35,521 bases of DNA, from assembly GCA_043732185.1 (NCBI GenBank), contig JAYTHY010000047.1, positions 1-35,521 on the forward strand. Reading direction: 5' to 3'. Below the pieces are notes generated by a model. That model searched no databases, was not told the DNA's origin, and saw only the letters and a list, made by a program, of their open reading frames with translations. Positions 24,840 to 35,521 of this stretch are shown in pieces. The position numbers and the translations under genes are program-made. Source of the stretch: Fibrobacteria bacterium. GTDB lineage: Bacteria; Fibrobacterota; Fibrobacteria; UBA11236. Position 1 is the stretch's first letter, and each line of letters begins with the position of its first letter.

Positions 24840-27143
24840 TCAAGGGAAAAGTATTTTTGCCCCGCGTACGCGTCCGCCGCTGATATCTTTGGTTCGAGCC
24901 CAATAAAAACCGCTCGCAGAAGGCATACCGTCCGGTGCTCGGGACCGAGTCCATAGGGCAAATCCTCCATGTTCCGGAAGGCGGCCCATGAGCTTGCCCC
25001 GGGAATCGAAGAGTTCCACCACAGCCCCATTCGCCAGTCCGCTAAACTCAACACCTTGTGCGGTCAGCCTATAGGCCAACGAGGATTTGGATTCTACAGC
25101 CTGAGCCACTACACCAACCAGGGGCGGCTGCACATTGACATCCTTACCCATGATAAGAGTGGCTCCATTCATAAAATTGCTTGCGGTGATGGCCAATTTT
25201 GGATTGGCGATATTTCCAGAAGTTGTATCGTTGCTGCCACGGACTACAAAGGGCCTTTTGTACAGCTCAATGCGCTTGAGAAGCTTGTCGGCAGGAATAT
25301 TGATCGCGAAATAAATGATGTCTCGTCGAAACAAACTCGCTTCGGCTTTCCAATTCCGACTCAGACTGGAATAGGGATATATCGCAGTCAACACCGAACC
25401 ATCCGCATACGTGAACTTAAAGGTCAAATCCTTTTCCCAATAAAATGCATCTTGAAAAGGTCCAGAACCACCGGCCGCCAAAGCCGTGAATGTGGCCGGA
25501 TCCGTAGGATTGATCACACGCGGAAGGTCGCCGATATAGGCCAACGGGTCGTACAGGATATTGGCCTGTGTGTATTGCGGGTGGAAGCTGCCGTAAACGG
25601 TGTAGACGGGCGTATCCCATTTTTGGGGTATCAGAAAATCCAGCTGCTCCCAATCCTGCTTCGTCAAGGGCTGATTGGCCCGTTCCAGAATACGCGCACC
25701 GGATCCGTTCATTTTCAAGGTTGGAAAGCCGTCTTGTTTCGGCAAGTAATAGGGTGCATTTCCTCCTCGATACGGAATAGTGCCGACCTGTGTTGATTCC
25801 ACTCCGACAATAGATCGATACATGGCGTAGGCGGAAAAGTCTCCCAGACCATCCCAAGTTCCGGGTCCCGCCAATCGTGATTCCAAGCAATGGTGCGGGC
25901 GAAACATCATATCAGAACGTTCTTTGCCAAACTCCACATTTCCCTTAATACCACAAATAGGAGAGATGAATTCGTTGAGGTTCTGATAATAATTCCAAGT
26001 TTCACCACGGCCTCCACCATCATTCGTGGTACCTCCATATGGGTACAGGTATCCCCCACTGCTGGGCGGATTGGTCTGCGCATTATCCCAATGCGGCAAA
26101 TCCATGGCGTGCCCCATCTCATGGATAAAGACGTAATCGTAATCCCCGCCAACAAACTCCTTATCTCCTCCCCAGCCGTTCATATTCATATTGTTCAGGT
26201 TTCCACCCAAATACGCATAGGCATAATCGCCGGTAGCATGTTTAAGGGCGCCCAAAAATTGCTCTGCAGCATAGGCAATATTGGTGGTGGGAACGCCTTT
26301 GAGATTGGCCTTGGTATCCAGTACCACGGGAATGATATTCCCATCCGAATGCACAATTAAAGTAGGCAGGATCATGCGGGTGGGTAGGGTTCCAAGCCTT
26401 ACCATTGTCCCTGGGTAGGCACTGGCAAAATTCGGCAGCAGGTCGGCGGGTGGCTTCACATCAGGTTTGCCTGCATTCCAATCGAGTATATCGATTGGCA
26501 ATTGGACCAAGTTTATTTCCGGTGCCGCGCCCACTTTTAACTGGGCTTCGGTAAAGATTTTAACTGTAGTTCCCACCTTCACTTCCAGGCTCAGTCCCAG
26601 CTGCATCCAAGCGGCTGGCAAGGTTGCTGAATAGCGATCGCTCAGGCTGGGTGTTGCAGCAACCACAGTTGCCGGCAATGTCGCTGGACCACTAAGACAC
26701 AGAATGCCGACGGACACGCCTTTGATTTTTCCTTGGACACTGACATCGGGTGAAGTGCCGGTGCCTGTCACGATTACTTGAATCAATGCCGGCCGCTTGG
26801 CGATTAAAAAAAAGAAGGGCCAACTGGGTTCCATGACATGCGTTTGGGCCAGATAGACTTTGCCCAAGGTGGCGGTAGCGTTTACTGCAGTGCCACATGC
26901 CTTCGCGTCGGCGGGTTCGGGATAATGGTATTCCATAAATTTGTATGAGGTGGGCAGCGCAAGATTGGTAGCCGGAACAACCGCTCCTGGTCCAGCCCAG
27001 ACGGAGCCTGGCTCAGACACGAAAGTCAGAATAAAGCTGAACAGGAAATATTTAATGCATTTGATGCCTTTAATGCCTTTAATGCCTTTAATGTCTTTGC
27101 AGCCTCTGCAACCTTGAAAGCCTTTTTTTGCAAAACGAAACAT
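24840..27143 (-). CDS. Secreted M66-like (StcE/TagA-type) zinc metallopeptidase with T9SS/FlgD-Ig-like C-terminal domain, paralogue 1
   Basis: Signal peptide; LAQTHV; HEMGHAMDLPH at 26091-26123; C-terminal ELFDSRGK..SGFYWAR..KI. Start 27143 has an AAGGGG RBS (27182 is an alternative). Confidence 0.75.
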   Translation of the reverse strand: MFRFAKKGFQGCRGCKDIKGIKGIKGIKCIKYFLFSFILTFVSEPGSVWAGPGAVVPATNLALPTSYKFMEYHYPEPADAKACGTAVNATATLGKVYLAQTHVMEPSWPFFFLIAKRPALIQVIVTGTGTSPDVSVQGKIKGVSVGILCLSGPATLPATVVAATPSLSDRYSATLPAAWMQLGLSLEVKVGTTVKIFTEAQLKVGAAPEINLVQLPIDILDWNAGKPDVKPPADLLPNFASAYPGTMVRLGTLPTRMILPTLIVHSDGNIIPVVLDTKANLKGVPTTNIAYAAEQFLGALKHATGDYAYAYLGGNLNNMNMNGWGGDKEFVGGDYDYVFIHEMGHAMDLPHWDNAQTNPPSSGGYLYPYGGTTNDGGGRGETWNYYQNLNEFISPICGIKGNVEFGKERSDMMFRPHHCLESRLAGPGTWDGLGDFSAYAMYRSIVGVESTQVGTIPYRGGNAPYYLPKQDGFPTLKMNGSGARILERANQPLTKQDWEQLDFLIPQKWDTPVYTVYGSFHPQYTQANILYDPLAYIGDLPRVINPTDPATFTALAAGGSGPFQDAFYWEKDLTFKFTYADGSVLTAIYPYSSLSRNWKAEASLFRRDIIYFAINIPADKLLKRIELYKRPFVVRGSNDTTSGNIANPKLAITASNFMNGATLIMGKDVNVQPPLVGVVAQAVESKSSLAYRLTAQGVEFSGLANGAVVELFDSRGKLMGRLPEHGGFALWTRSRAPDGMPSASGFYWARTKDISGGRVRGAKILFP
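27051..27095. repeat. 9-bp tandem repeat (TTTAATGCC-type x5) within the peptidase N-terminal coding region
   Basis: tttaatgca tttgatgcc tttaatgcc tttaatgcc tttaatgtc, encoding DIKGIKGIKGIKCIK; decayed units continue to about 27122. Confidence 0.85.
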
Positions 27144-27471
27144 TCTTCCCCTTAAGGCTTTGCAGTTCCAAAACCCTGCCATTTGAGCCTAATTTTCACG
27201 TTAAAACGACTTTATTGGCTAAAATACCGGATCTCCCCCTTTCTGTGTTTGAACTCAGGTGACTTCTTGAATCAAAAAACGGGAGTCTAAGTGGCATTCG
27301 TTGACCCAGCTAGGTCAAGTGCGACCCGATAAGGGCCTGAATCGCTGTAAATTCACCATTTAAAGCCAAATTCAGGGGAAAAAATTAATATATCGATAAA
27401 TCACGATAAACCGATGTATTCGTCTCCGAAATGATGTATTATTAGGGTAAAACCTAAGGAGAAACAGCCTC

Positions 27472-28668
27472 ATGTCCAGACACCTTTTCACCTCCGAATC
27501 CGTATCCATGGGCCATCCCGATAAAATGGCCGACCAGATTTCCGACTCCATCCTCGATGCGATGCTTGAGCAGGATCCCCGCAGTCGCGTGGCTTGCGAA
27601 ACATTGATCACAACAGGATTGGTGGTCGTGGCCGGTGAGATCACAACCAAGGCCAATATCGATTTTCAGAAAGTCGTGCGTGAAGCCATCGCCCGTACTG
27701 GGTATACCGATGCAACCATTGGCTTCGACAGCAAGACCTGCGCCGTTATGGTGACGCTCGACAAACAGAGCCCGGACATTGCGCAAGGCGTAACGGAAGG
27801 CGAAGGCCTGTTCAAGGAACAAGGCGCCGGAGATCAAGGGATGATGTTCGGATTCGCCTGTGATGAAACCGAAGAGTTGATGCCGATGCCGATCCATTAT
27901 TCCCATCGCCTCATGGAAAAGCTGGCCGAACTGCGCCAGAACAAAACGCTGCCCTGGCTCCGTCCCGATTCCAAATCCCAGGTAACGGTCGAGTACGTAG
28001 ACGGTAAGCCTAAGCGCATCGACACGGTAGTTTTGTCCACCCAGCACGGGGAAGATGTCGACCATGCCACCATCGAAAAGGAAATCATCGAGCGCTGCGT
28101 GAAAGCCGTCATCCCCGCGCATCTCCTCGATTCCAAAACCCATTATTTCATCAACCCCACCGGCCGTTTCGTAGTCGGAGGCCCCATGGGTGACTGCGGT
28201 TTGACTGGCCGCAAAATCATCGTAGACACATACGGTGGTATGGGCCGTCACGGCGGCGGCGCCTTTTCCGGCAAAGACCCTTCCAAGGTCGACCGCAGCG
28301 CGGCGTATGCTGCGCGTTACGTAGCCAAAAACATCGTGGCCTCCGGCTTGGCCACGCGCTGCGAAGTGCAGGTTGCGTATGCCATCGGTTATCCCAAGCC
28401 TGTATCCGTTTACGTGGAAACCTTTGGTACAGGAAAACTTTCTCCCGAAGCCTTGGAAACCTTGGTGCAAGAGCATTTTGACCTGACTCCGGGCGGCATT
28501 GTCCGCATGTTGGACTTGCTCAAGCCCCGCTACCGCGCCACCGCCGTACACGGGCATTTCGGCCGCAAAGGCGAGTCCTTCACTTGGGAACGCACGGACA
28601 AGGCCGATGCCTTGCGCGAAGCCGCCAAGAAAACCGGCGCCAAAGCTCCCGAGCCGGTACACGCCTAA
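27472..28668 (+). CDS. metK: S-adenosylmethionine synthetase
   Basis: [51 protein letters not shown]. Confidence 0.99.
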   Translation: MSRHLFTSESVSMGHPDKMADQISDSILDAMLEQDPRSRVACETLITTGLVVVAGEITTKANIDFQKVVREAIARTGYTDATIGFDSKTCAVMVTLDKQSPDIAQGVTEGEGLFKEQGAGDQGMMFGFACDETEELMPMPIHYSHRLMEKLAELRQNKTLPWLRPDSKSQVTVEYVDGKPKRIDTVVLSTQHGEDVDHATIEKEIIERCVKAVIPAHLLDSKTHYFINPTGRFVVGGPMGDCGLTGRKIIVDTYGGMGRHGGGAFSGKDPSKVDRSAAYAARYVAKNIVASGLATRCEVQVAYAIGYPKPVSVYVETFGTGKLSPEALETLVQEHFDLTPGGIVRMLDLLKPRYRATAVHGHFGRKGESFTWERTDKADALREAAKKTGAKAPEPVHA

Positions 28669-28753
28669 GGTATCACTGAAGTAAATTCCGGTAATCCAGA
28701 CATACAATATTCATAATTACACATCACATTCATAAACTTTAAGGATAAAACAC

Positions 28754-30220
28754 ATGTCAACTCTGACCAAATCGGCCCCGCAGGCCACTCCCAAGTACCA
28801 AGCCTCCACCTGGGGCAAACATAAAGTAGCCGATATGAGCTTGGCCGAATTCGGCCGCAAGGAAATAGAAGTCGCAGAAAAAGAAATGCCCGGACTCATG
28901 TCCACCCGAGAAAAATACGGCAAATCCAAACCGCTCAAAGGCGCGCGCATCATGGGCAGCTTGCACATGACTATTCAAACGGCCGTGCTTATTGAAACGC
29001 TGGTTGAACTCGGCGCAGATGTACGCTGGGCTTCCTGCAATATTTTCTCAACTCAGGACCATGCCGCCGCAGCCATTGCCGCTGCAGGTGTTCCGGTTTA
29101 TGCCTGGAAGGGCGAGTCCTTGGAAGAATACTGGGAATGCACTATGGCGGCCTTAAGTTTTCCAGGCAAAGAAGGTCTGGAAATCGGACCTCAGCTCATA
29201 GTTGATGACGGCGGCGATGCCACACTGCTTTTGCATTGGGGACTCAAAGCTGAGAAGGACGCGTCCTTTTTGGACCGGAAGCCCGGCAGCGAAGAGGAAG
29301 CCGTTATCTTGAAGCTGCTCAAACGCACCCTGGTGGAAAACCCAGGAATGTGGGCGCGCTTCGTAAAGGATTGGAAAGGCGTTTCGGAAGAAACCACCAC
29401 TGGTGTACATCGCCTCTATCAAATGATGGAAAAAAAAGACCTGCTGGTTCCCGCCATCAACGTGAACGACAGCGTCACCAAAAGCAAGTTCGACAACCTA
29501 TACGGTTGCCGCGAGTCCTTGGCCGATGGCATCAAGCGCGCTACTGACGTGATGGTGGCCGGAAAAGTAGCCGTGGTTTGCGGTTACGGCGATGTGGGTA
29601 AGGGCTGCGCCCAGTCCATGCGTGGCTTTGGTGCCCGCACCATTGTTACGGAAATCGATCCCATCTGCGCGCTTCAAGCCGCGATGGAAGGCTACAAGGT
29701 GACCACTCTGGAAGACGCCCTTTCCGAAGGAAACATCTACGTTACTACAACCGGTAACGTCGATATCATCACCGCCGAACATATGAGCAAGATGAAGGAT
29801 CAGAGCATCGTCTGCAATATCGGACATTTCGATTCCGAAGTCGATATCGTCGGATTGCGCAACTGGCCCGGCATCAAGCACACCAACATCAAGCCCCAAG
29901 TGGACAAGTACGAATTCCCAACCGGCAACAGCATCTACCTGCTGGCAGAAGGCCGACTTGTCAATCTGGGCTGTGCCACCGGCCATCCCAGCTTTGTGAT
30001 GTCCACATCCTTCACCAACCAGACTTTGGCCCAAATAGAACTTTGGACCAAGAACCTGGAAGTTGGAGTCTATACCTTGCCCAAGCATTTGGATGAGGAA
30101 GTGGCAAGATTGCATCTTGAGAAGCTCGGCGTAAAATTGACCAAGCTGAATCAAAAGCAATCGGATTATATCAATGTGCCGGTGAGCGGGCCTTATAAGC
30201 CAACGCATTACCGCTACTAG
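28754..30220 (+). CDS. ahcY: Adenosylhomocysteinase
   Basis: [58 protein letters not shown]. Confidence 0.99.
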   Translation: MSTLTKSAPQATPKYQASTWGKHKVADMSLAEFGRKEIEVAEKEMPGLMSTREKYGKSKPLKGARIMGSLHMTIQTAVLIETLVELGADVRWASCNIFSTQDHAAAAIAAAGVPVYAWKGESLEEYWECTMAALSFPGKEGLEIGPQLIVDDGGDATLLLHWGLKAEKDASFLDRKPGSEEEAVILKLLKRTLVENPGMWARFVKDWKGVSEETTTGVHRLYQMMEKKDLLVPAINVNDSVTKSKFDNLYGCRESLADGIKRATDVMVAGKVAVVCGYGDVGKGCAQSMRGFGARTIVTEIDPICALQAAMEGYKVTTLEDALSEGNIYVTTTGNVDIITAEHMSKMKDQSIVCNIGHFDSEVDIVGLRNWPGIKHTNIKPQVDKYEFPTGNSIYLLAEGRLVNLGCATGHPSFVMSTSFTNQTLAQIELWTKNLEVGVYTLPKHLDEEVARLHLEKLGVKLTKLNQKQSDYINVPVSGPYKPTHYRY

Positions 30221-30234
30221 CACCGAAAGCGTAA

Positions 30235-30268
30235 CGTTTCTAGTAACGATTTGCAATTACTAGAAACG
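30235..30268. terminator. Perfect 12-bp inverted repeat between convergent ahcY and metY
   Basis: CGTTTCTAGTAA-N10-TTACTAGAAACG; the A-run at 30281-30286 would give a T-run on the minus strand. Confidence 0.6.
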
Positions 30269-30294
30269 ATTTGCGGTTGCAAAAAAGGCGGCGG

Positions 30295-31581
30295 TTAAAC
30301 CAAAGCCTGATCCAGATCCGCTAGAATATCCTCGATATTTTCCAGACCAATACTTAAACGCACGAGCTCCGGTGGAAGTCCCGCAGCCTTCTGCTGTTCT
30401 TCGTTAAGCTGACTGTGGCTGGTGCTGGCCGGGTGCAGGGCCAAACTTTTGGCATCTCCCACATTGGCAAGATGGCTGAAGAGCTTGAGTGAATCGATGA
30501 ACTTCGCTCCGCCCTCGCGACCGGATTTGACACCAAAAACTACAACGCCTCCGTAGCCTTTCTTCAGGTATTGGCTGGAGATTTTATATGTAGGGTCGGT
30601 GGCAAGACCCGGGTAGCGCACCCAAGCCACCTTGGGATGCTTGATCAACCACTCGGCAACCTTTTGACTGTTCTCCACATGCTTGGCCATGCGCAAGGAC
30701 AAAGTTTCCAAGCCCTGCAAGAAAATCCAGGCTGAATCCGGACTGATACTCGCTCCCAGGTTGCGCAGGGGAACGGTGCGGAGACGCAGCGCAAAGGCAA
30801 TGGGCTTGAGTGAGTCGTGCAAGTCCAAGGCCCAGCGAAGTCCATGATAATTCTTATCGTGTTTGGTGAACTGTTCGAATTTTGGATCGGACCAATCAAA
30901 ATTGCCTGCGTCCGTTACCATGCCGCCAATGGCCGTTCCATGGCCCCCGATCCATTTTGTCAGGGATTGAACGACAATGTTGGCGCCATGTTCAATGGTT
31001 CTGAGCAAGGCTGGTGTGGTAAAAGTGGCGTCTACGACCAGCGGGAGTTTGTGGCGCTTGGCAATTTTGCTGATGGCATTCAAATCGGCAACATCAAGTC
31101 CCGGATTGCCGATGGATTCGACGAAAATCAGTTTGGTATTCGGCTTAATCGCTTTTTCGAAATTTTCCGGATCGCGCACATCCACAAAAGTGGTGGTGAT
31201 GCCGAAGTCCGGCAGAATCGCATCGAACTGCGTGTAGGTACCCCCGTATAGATTGGATGCGGAAACGATGTGGTCGCCTTGCTTGGCAATGGTGATGACC
31301 GCATAAAAAATGGCGCTAGTACCAGAGGCCACGGCTACCGAAGCCGCGCCCCCTTCTAGAGCCGTGATCCGGTCTTCGAGAATGGCCGTAGTCGGATTGC
31401 CCAAGCGGGTATAGATATTTCCGAATTCCTTTAGGCCGAAAAGATTGGCGGCGTGCTCGGTGCTTTTAAAAACAAAACTCGAGGTGCGATGGATGGCCAC
31501 GCCGCGGCTCAATTGAGTGGGCTCCGGAGTTTGACCGGCATGTATCGAAGCAGTTTCAAAAGCAGGCTTATTGACGCCCAT
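30295..31581 (-). CDS. metY: O-acetylhomoserine aminocarboxypropyltransferase (sulfhydrylase), PLP-dependent
   Basis: GNIYTRLGNPT, LYGGT, SLTKWIGGHG (PLP Lys), GLETLSLR, SHLANVGDAKSLALHPASTSHSQL, VRLSIGLE. Confidence 0.93.
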   Translation of the reverse strand: MGVNKPAFETASIHAGQTPEPTQLSRGVAIHRTSSFVFKSTEHAANLFGLKEFGNIYTRLGNPTTAILEDRITALEGGAASVAVASGTSAIFYAVITIAKQGDHIVSASNLYGGTYTQFDAILPDFGITTTFVDVRDPENFEKAIKPNTKLIFVESIGNPGLDVADLNAISKIAKRHKLPLVVDATFTTPALLRTIEHGANIVVQSLTKWIGGHGTAIGGMVTDAGNFDWSDPKFEQFTKHDKNYHGLRWALDLHDSLKPIAFALRLRTVPLRNLGASISPDSAWIFLQGLETLSLRMAKHVENSQKVAEWLIKHPKVAWVRYPGLATDPTYKISSQYLKKGYGGVVVFGVKSGREGGAKFIDSLKLFSHLANVGDAKSLALHPASTSHSQLNEEQQKAAGLPPELVRLSIGLENIEDILADLDQALV

Positions 31582-31773
31582 AGTATTCTCCCGTTTATTG
31601 TTTTCGCTAACTATTTGCTCAGAATTGGATTTAGAAACTAATAAGGTAGTTAGATTTCACTTCGTTTCCTTGCGTGACATAAAGGCAGAATTCCTTCGAA
31701 TCATTCCAATTTTTACAACATGAGCCGGTCTTTTATTTTTCCTATTTTGCCCTTCAGCAAAAAATAATTTTGA

Positions 31774-32117
<344 letters not shown>

Positions 32118-32118
<1 letters not shown>

Positions 32119-33350
32119 TGGAATCCTCACCAATTGTCCTCAACTCAGGTGATACCGCATGGATGCTGGTATCCACGGCCATGGTGCTCTTTATGATTCC
32201 CGGTCTGGCCATGTTTTATGGTGGCCTAACGCGCGCCAAAAACATGCTCGGTACCATGATGCAGTCCTTTATTACTATGGGTGTCATCACTTTGCAGTGG
32301 GTGGTAATCGGATATTCTTTGGCTTTTGGCGATGGCAATGCCTTTTTGGGCGGCTCCACTCTTGCTTTTCTAGGAGGTATTAGGCCGGACACCCTACATG
32401 GATTCATTCCCGCGTATCTGTTCATCGCCTTTCAAGGAGCCTTCGCCTGCATCACCCCGGCCTTGATTTCCGGGGCCATTGCGGAGCGTATCAAATTCGG
32501 AGCCTATATTGTATTCATAATCCTGTGGACCACCCTTGTCTATGATCCCGTGTGCCACTGGGTTTGGCATCCAAATGGATTTTTAGCACAGGCTGGAGTC
32601 ATTGATTTTGCGGGAGGTATCGTCGTACATTTGACTTCCGGTCTGGCCGGACTTGTAGCTTGCATTATTCTGGGCAAGCGCTCCGGTTTGGAACGCGGCA
32701 TCATGCCTCACAATATGGTACATGTCGTTTTGGGGGCGGGCATTCTTTGGTTCGGTTGGTTCGGATTCAATGCTGGATCCGCTTTGGCCTCAAACGGTTT
32801 GGCCAGCCTCGCCTTTCTCAATACCTTAGTTGGACCAGCTGCCGGAATTTGTACATGGCTGCTTATTGAGAGAATCCATTTAGGTAAAAGCAGTGCCTTA
32901 GGCGGGGCTACGGGTGCCATTGCCGGACTAGCTGCGGTAACTCCCGCTGCTGGATCCGCCCTGCCCTTTGCCTGCATGGGTTTAGCAGCCTTGACGGCTG
33001 GAACGTGTTATATATTCGTAGCTAAAAAACTGGCGATGGGTTATGACGATGCGCTCGATGCCTTTGGTGTTCACGGCATTGCGGGTATTTTGGGCCCACT
33101 CGCATGTGGGGTCATTGCATCGCAGGGGTTCAATTCCTTGCTGTTCCACAACTCAGCTATTACCAGAAGTGGAATGGATCAGATGCTGGTGCAGGTAAAG
33201 GCGGTAGGGATTGTCGGCCTGTATTCGCTTATCATGACGGGAGTCCTGGTGATTCTCATTGAAAAAACCATGGGCTTTAGAGTAACCAGGGATGTCGAAG
33301 AACAAGGGCTGGATTTGTCCTTGCATGGAGAAAGGGCTTACAATCATTAA
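32118..33350 (+). CDS. amtB: Ammonium transporter
   Basis: GDTAWML, PGLAMFYGG, DFAGGIVVH, LWFGWFGFNAGS, YDDALDAFGVHG, GLDLSLHGERAY; both pore histidines present; coupled to P-II (TGATG). Confidence 0.97.
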
Positions 33351-33358
33351 CTGAAAGT

Positions 33359-33385
33359 AAGCTGCCGCTTCCAACGAGGCGGCTT
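33359..33385. terminator. Hairpin between convergent amtB and peptidase paralogue 2
   Basis: AAGCTGCC...GGCGGCTT stem with one G-U pair. Confidence 0.45.
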
Positions 33386-35521
33386 CATTTTGTCAGCATA
33401 ATTTGCGTACCAGAAGAAAGATGTCCTTCCCCATCCCAAGTCCGTGCAAAATAGAATCCGCCACCAACTGGTTTTCCGTTTTCGGAATTCTGCTTCCATA
33501 CAGCAACTCCACCCTGCTCCCCTATCCGGTTTAGAAGTTTTCCCCGTGCCGTATAAATGTCCAGAATCGCGCCGCGCTGCAGTCCCGTGAACTCGAAACC
33601 TTGAGAAGTCAGCCGATAAGGCAGAAGGGATTTTAACTTTCCGTATTGGCCGAGGATACCGTTGATGGGTGGATTCACTTGGACATTCTTGCCCATGACC
33701 AAGGTGGCGGCTGTCATGAAATTTCCTGCCGTAATGGCGAGTTTGGGATTGGCGATATTTCCTGAGGTTGTATCATTGGAACCACGCACGACAAAAAGCC
33801 GTTTATACAATTCGATGCGCGTCAGCTTTTTATCCGCGGGAATATTGATGGCGAAATACATCATGTCATTGCGCCAGGGGCCTGTGCCCGCCTTCCAATT
33901 TCGGCTCACACCACCATAGGGATAAAGAGCCGTTAGTACCGAACCATCCGTATACGTGAACTTGAAAGTAAGATCCCGTTCCCCATAAAAAGTGCCGCCG
34001 TAGGAACCGGAACCGCCAGCAGCCAAATCAGCGAAGGTGACCGGATTGGTGGGATCGATGAGTTTAACCAGATTTCCGATATAAGACATGGGTTCATAAA
34101 GAATATTCACATTGGTATACTGGGGATGATAACTACCATAAATGGTGTAAACGGGAGTATCCCATTTTTCTGGAACCATGTAGCTGGCTTGTTCCCAGTA
34201 CTGTTTGGTCAATGGCTGATTGGCTCGTTCTAGAATGTGCTTTCCGGCACCGTCCAGTTTTAAAGTCGGGAATCCCTCTTGACTGGGCAAATGATACGTC
34301 GCCGCCGTCCCTTTATAGGGCACAGCTCCGGCTTCACCCTTTTCGAAACCCACCATATAATGGTACATGGAAAAAGCGGAAAAATCGCCAAATCCGTCCC
34401 AAGGCCCTTCGCCTGCGGCACGGAATTCCTGGCACCAATGATTGCGCTGCATGGCATCAGACCGCTCCTTGCCAAACTCTTTGTTCTTGACAAGGCCGCA
34501 GATTGGAGAAATAAATTCGTTTAAATTCTGGTAATAATTCCAAGTGTCGCCCCTACCGCCACCATCATTAGTGGTTCCTCCATAGGGATAGCTGTAGTCG
34601 CCTTCTGCAGGAGATGGCACCTGGTAGGAACCTTCACCCCAATGAGGCAGGCTGAGAGCATGGCCCATTTCATGCAAAAACACCCCGGTAAAATCGGCGC
34701 CGACGAAAGACTTCCCGCCTCCCCATCCGCCTGGGTCAAAATTTTCAGTATTGCCGTAATAATAGGTATAGGCAAAATCGCCGCAGGCGCGCTGCACGGC
34801 TTCCACATATCTGAGTGCCACGGCATTGATGTTACCATCTGGAATGCCCTTGAGATTGGTTTTGGTTTCCAATACCACCGGGATGGTGCTGGTATCCGAG
34901 GACACGGCTATGGTGGGCAATACCATGCGGCTGGCGATGTTCCCGAGTCGCATTTTACTGGCCGGCATAGCGCCGGAAAAGTCCGCCATGAAGGTAGCAG
35001 GAATCTGCTTGTCTGTTTTTCCAGCATTCCAGTCGAGTATGTCGAAAGGCAGCATCACAAGGTTGAGTTCCGGAGCCGCGCCCAGTTTTAATTCCGCCTC
35101 GGTAAATGTTTTGGTAGCAGGTCCGGCCTTTATTACCAGGCTTAGTCCAGGCTGCATCCAACTCGCAGGCAAGGTTGAACTGAATCGATCGTCAAAGCGC
35201 GGTTCCGTTGCAGAGACAACGGATGGCAGCGTCGCTGGACCGTTCAGGCAAAGGGAGCCCACGGAAACGCCCTTGACCAAGCCTTGCACACTGACATCTG
35301 GCGCAGCGCCACTACCGGTTACAATGACTTGAATTAAGGTCGGTCGTTTTGCGACCAAGAAAAATAATGGCCAACTGGGCTCCATCACATGGGTCTGGGC
35401 GAAAAAAACCTTTCCGAGTATCGCGGTGGCATTCGATGCGCCCTTACACGTTTTAGAATCAGCGGGTTCTGGAAATTGGTATTCCTGAAAATTGTATGCT
35501 TTGGGCAAAGCCAGGTTCGTG
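33385..35521 (-). CDS. Secreted M66-like zinc metallopeptidase, paralogue 2 (5'-truncated by the window end)
   Basis: Frame is open to the window end (TNLALPKAY, matching TNLALPTSY of paralogue 1); FAQTHV; HEMGHALSLPH at 34642-34674; similar C-terminal domain. Confidence 0.78.
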   Translation of the reverse strand, partial: TNLALPKAYNFQEYQFPEPADSKTCKGASNATAILGKVFFAQTHVMEPSWPLFFLVAKRPTLIQVIVTGSGAAPDVSVQGLVKGVSVGSLCLNGPATLPSVVSATEPRFDDRFSSTLPASWMQPGLSLVIKAGPATKTFTEAELKLGAAPELNLVMLPFDILDWNAGKTDKQIPATFMADFSGAMPASKMRLGNIASRMVLPTIAVSSDTSTIPVVLETKTNLKGIPDGNINAVALRYVEAVQRACGDFAYTYYYGNTENFDPGGWGGGKSFVGADFTGVFLHEMGHALSLPHWGEGSYQVPSPAEGDYSYPYGGTTNDGGGRGDTWNYYQNLNEFISPICGLVKNKEFGKERSDAMQRNHWCQEFRAAGEGPWDGFGDFSAFSMYHYMVGFEKGEAGAVPYKGTAATYHLPSQEGFPTLKLDGAGKHILERANQPLTKQYWEQASYMVPEKWDTPVYTIYGSYHPQYTNVNILYEPMSYIGNLVKLIDPTNPVTFADLAAGGSGSYGGTFYGERDLTFKFTYTDGSVLTALYPYGGVSRNWKAGTGPWRNDMMYFAINIPADKKLTRIELYKRLFVVRGSNDTTSGNIANPKLAITAGNFMTAATLVMGKNVQVNPPINGILGQYGKLKSLLPYRLTSQGFEFTGLQRGAILDIYTARGKLLNRIGEQGGVAVWKQNSENGKPVGGGFYFARTWDGEGHLSSGTQIMLTK

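Noticed and set aside
24969..25796. 275-aa ORF on the + strand (also 12256-13059, 14792-15529, 19043-19807, 3608-4261)
   Set aside because: Alternate-frame or antisense overlaps of well-supported genes, with no recognisable motifs.
27183..27471. SAM riboswitch upstream of metK, or SAH riboswitch at 28669-28753
   Set aside because: No SAM-I, SAM-II or SAH core motifs were recognisable by eye; an Infernal/Rfam scan is needed to exclude them fully.
27454..28707. 417-aa antisense ORF opposite metK (likewise 29498-30256 opposite ahcY)
   Set aside because: Shadow ORFs expected from codon bias of conserved, highly expressed genes; fully overlap unambiguous genes and have no protein motifs.

Overview
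Bacterial chromosomal window. An FCB-superphylum origin, plausibly an environmental Fibrobacterota, is inferred from T9SS-like C-terminal domains and a Bacteroidota-type putative porin; it cannot be confirmed here. Left to right: (1) an AT-richer accessory block downstream of a standalone tRNA-Ile(GAT), containing a 5'-truncated OmpA/peptidoglycan-binding/zinc-peptidase multidomain gene with a coupled hypothetical partner, oxyR convergent with a rubrerythrin-rubredoxin-rubredoxin reductase operon (the rubredoxin is missing from the ORF track; an OxyR box lies upstream), and a DoxX-like gene; (2) housekeeping-type genes: miaA, a degenerate YibQ-like deacetylase, pdxJ, a putative porin, a HAD hydrolase, an atypical Ser/Thr kinase and mnmA; (3) a sugar-acid catabolic locus (OYE flavin oxidoreductase divergent from an enolase-superfamily enzyme, XRE-cupin regulator, GH88-like hydrolase, SDR, eda, kdgK) with a perfect 16-bp palindrome in the divergent promoter and no kduI/kduD in the locus, the best candidate for an uncharacterised pathway; (4) a VapBC toxin-antitoxin pair; (5) two paralogous secreted M66-like metallopeptidases bracketing metK-ahcY, metY and glnK-amtB. 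No CRISPR array, rRNA or transposase/integrase gene was seen. All calls come from motif recognition by eye; no searches were run.
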